DNA of 624 nt from Escherichia coli (GTDB taxonomy: Bacteria > Pseudomonadota > Gammaproteobacteria > Enterobacterales > Enterobacteriaceae), in NCBI RefSeq assembly GCF_003334385.1, contig NZ_QOWN01000159.1; one strand, 5' to 3'. Of this stretch, positions 1 through 624 are shown piece after piece (positions within the stretch are counted from its first letter, which is position 1; every line of letters starts with the position of its first letter). The translations under genes were made by a program, and so were the position numbers. A model generated the notes under the pieces. It did no database searches and was not told the DNA's origin. It worked only from the letters and a program-made list of their open reading frames with translations.

Positions 1-624
1 AACGCGAGGCATCGTCTTAACGAGGCACCGAGGCGTCGCATTCTTCAGATGGTTCAACCCTTAAGTTAGCGCTTATGAGCAACACCTCCGCCCCTTCCGG
101 GGTATCCTGCAGGCGGATGCGTTCACAGGTTACGACAGGTTGTTCAGTGCAGAACGTGAAGGTGGTGCACTGACAGAAGTTGCGTGCTGGGCCCATGCCC
201 GGCGAAAAATCCACGATGTATACATCAGCAGCAAAAGTGCGACGGCAGAAGAAGCCCTGAAGCGAATCAGTGAACTGTACGCCATCGAGGATGAAATACG
301 GGGATTACCGGAGTCAGAGCGTCTTGCCGTCAGGCAGCAGCGAAGCAAAGTGTTACTGACGTCGCTGCATGAATGGATGGTGGAGAAGAATGGTACGCTG
401 TCGAAAAAATCCAGACTGGGCGAAGCGTTCAGCTATGTACTGAATCAGTGGGATGCCCTCTGTTATTACAGTGATGACGGTCTGGCGGAGGCGGATAATA
501 ATGCTGCGGAAAGAGCGCTTCGTGCAGTCTGTCTCGGAAAGAAAAACTCTTATGGCCTTTGTCAAATATTGAGCCCAAAAAGACCTTACGCAGCTCCGGG
601 AGCTTCGTTATATCGCGGATTAAA
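1..624 (+). mobile_element. IS66-family insertion sequence, internal portion only (no terminal inverted repeats or element boundaries visible in this window)
   Basis: The window is dominated by the IS66-type transposase coding sequence. No GTAAGCG-type IS66 terminus is found on either strand, so the element ends, if present, lie outside the window, or the copy is a truncated remnant. Confidence 0.65.
65..622 (+). CDS. IS66-family transposase (TnpC/ORF3-type, DDE_Tnp_IS66-like), partial internal fragment; open at the 3' window edge; possibly a degraded copy
   Basis: Frame 2 is open from the codon after TAA(62-64) to the window end. Translation: VSAYEQHLRPFRGILQADAFTGYDRLFSAEREGGALTEVACWAHARRKIHDVYISSKSATAEEALKRISELYAIEDEIRGLPESERLAVRQQRSKVLLTSLHEWMVEKNGTLSKKSRLGEAFSYVLNQWDALCYYSDDGLAEADNNAAERALRAVCLGKKNSYGLCQILSPKRPYAAPGASLYRGL. 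Family-typical motifs: LQADAFTGY (107-133), CWAHARRKI (185-211), ALKRISELYAIE.EIRG (254-304), DNNAAERALR (494-523), LGKKN (533-547). Codon usage is CTG/GCG-rich, typical of enterobacterial coding DNA. Family assignment is from memory of IS66 transposase consensus; no search was run. Homology is convincing from about 80 to about 547 and uncertain beyond. Confidence 0.85.

Noticed and set aside
125-141. Direct repeat ACAGGTT ... ACAGGTT with 10-bp spacing
   Set aside because: A single 7-bp duplicate inside coding sequence (encoding ...TGYDRL...). Too short and isolated to be iterons or a binding-site array.
17-214. Minus-strand ORF of 65 aa from the track (MDFSPGMGPARNFCQ...)
   Set aside because: It lies entirely antisense to the motif-rich transposase frame, and I recognise no family in its product. 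Antisense shadow ORFs are expected opposite a long coding frame. Most likely spurious.
130-348. Minus-strand ORF of 72 aa from the track (MLRCCLTARRSDSGN...)
   Set aside because: Antisense to the transposase frame, including the CWAHARRK region. Arg/Ser/Leu-rich, low-complexity-like product with no recognisable domain. Most likely spurious.
401-412. A6 run (TCGAAAAAATCC) as a possible programmed frameshift site
   Set aside because: It is read in frame as Ser-Lys-Lys-Ser, and the transposase homology continues in the same frame on both sides. Programmed -1 frameshifting at A6G motifs is a feature of the IS3 family at an orfA/orfB junction, not expected inside an IS66-type transposase.
353-565. 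Minus-strand ORF of 70 aa from the track (MTKAIRVFLSETDCTKRSF...), starting at a TTG
   Set aside because: Antisense to the transposase region that contains the DNNAAERALR motif, uses a non-ATG start, and has no recognisable features. Most likely spurious.
540-565. TTGACA hexamer on the minus strand (complement of 560-565) as a possible -35 promoter element
   Set aside because: No acceptable -10 hexamer at 16-18 bp spacing; the sequence there is TCTTTC-like. It would only drive the antisense shadow ORF. Insufficient support.
592-604. Short inverted repeat AGCTCC-G-GGAGCT (possible hairpin)
   Set aside because: The stem is only 5-6 bp with a loop too short for a stable structure, and no T-run follows, so it does not look like a rho-independent terminator. 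It also does not match an IS66 terminal repeat. A palindrome this short is expected by chance.
1-624. Possibility that the window encodes a novel or undescribed system (defence, toxin-antitoxin, etc.)
   Set aside because: All strong coding signal is explained by a single well-known gene family (IS66-type transposase). The remaining ORFs are antisense shadows. There are no repeat arrays, RNA-gene-like structures or additional independent ORFs. Nothing in the sequence supports a novel system.

Overview
The whole 624-bp window is best explained by one thing: an internal segment of an IS66-family transposase gene (the large TnpC/ORF3-type DDE transposase) on the + strand, in frame 2, open from position 65 to the 3' edge. 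The provided ORF track does not list it because it has no stop inside the window. Its translation carries motifs I recognise as hallmarks of the family: ...HLRPFRGILQADAFTGYDRLF..., ...EVACWAHARRKIHDVY..., ...AEEALKRISELYAIEDEIRG..., ...LAEADNNAAERALRAV.LGKKN. The three minus-strand ORFs in the track lie antisense to this frame and are most likely shadow ORFs. Two features suggest a decayed copy rather than an intact gene: an in-frame TAA at 62-64, and loss of the conserved block that normally follows GRKN, with C-terminal-like sequence reappearing in a different frame after about 562. No IS termini, accessory tnpA/tnpB genes, RNA genes, CRISPR repeats or convincing regulatory sites are visible. 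I see no evidence of a novel biological system here; this is a mobile-element remnant, which at most marks the surrounding locus as accessory DNA. All homology statements come from reading the translation against remembered family consensus, not from a database search.
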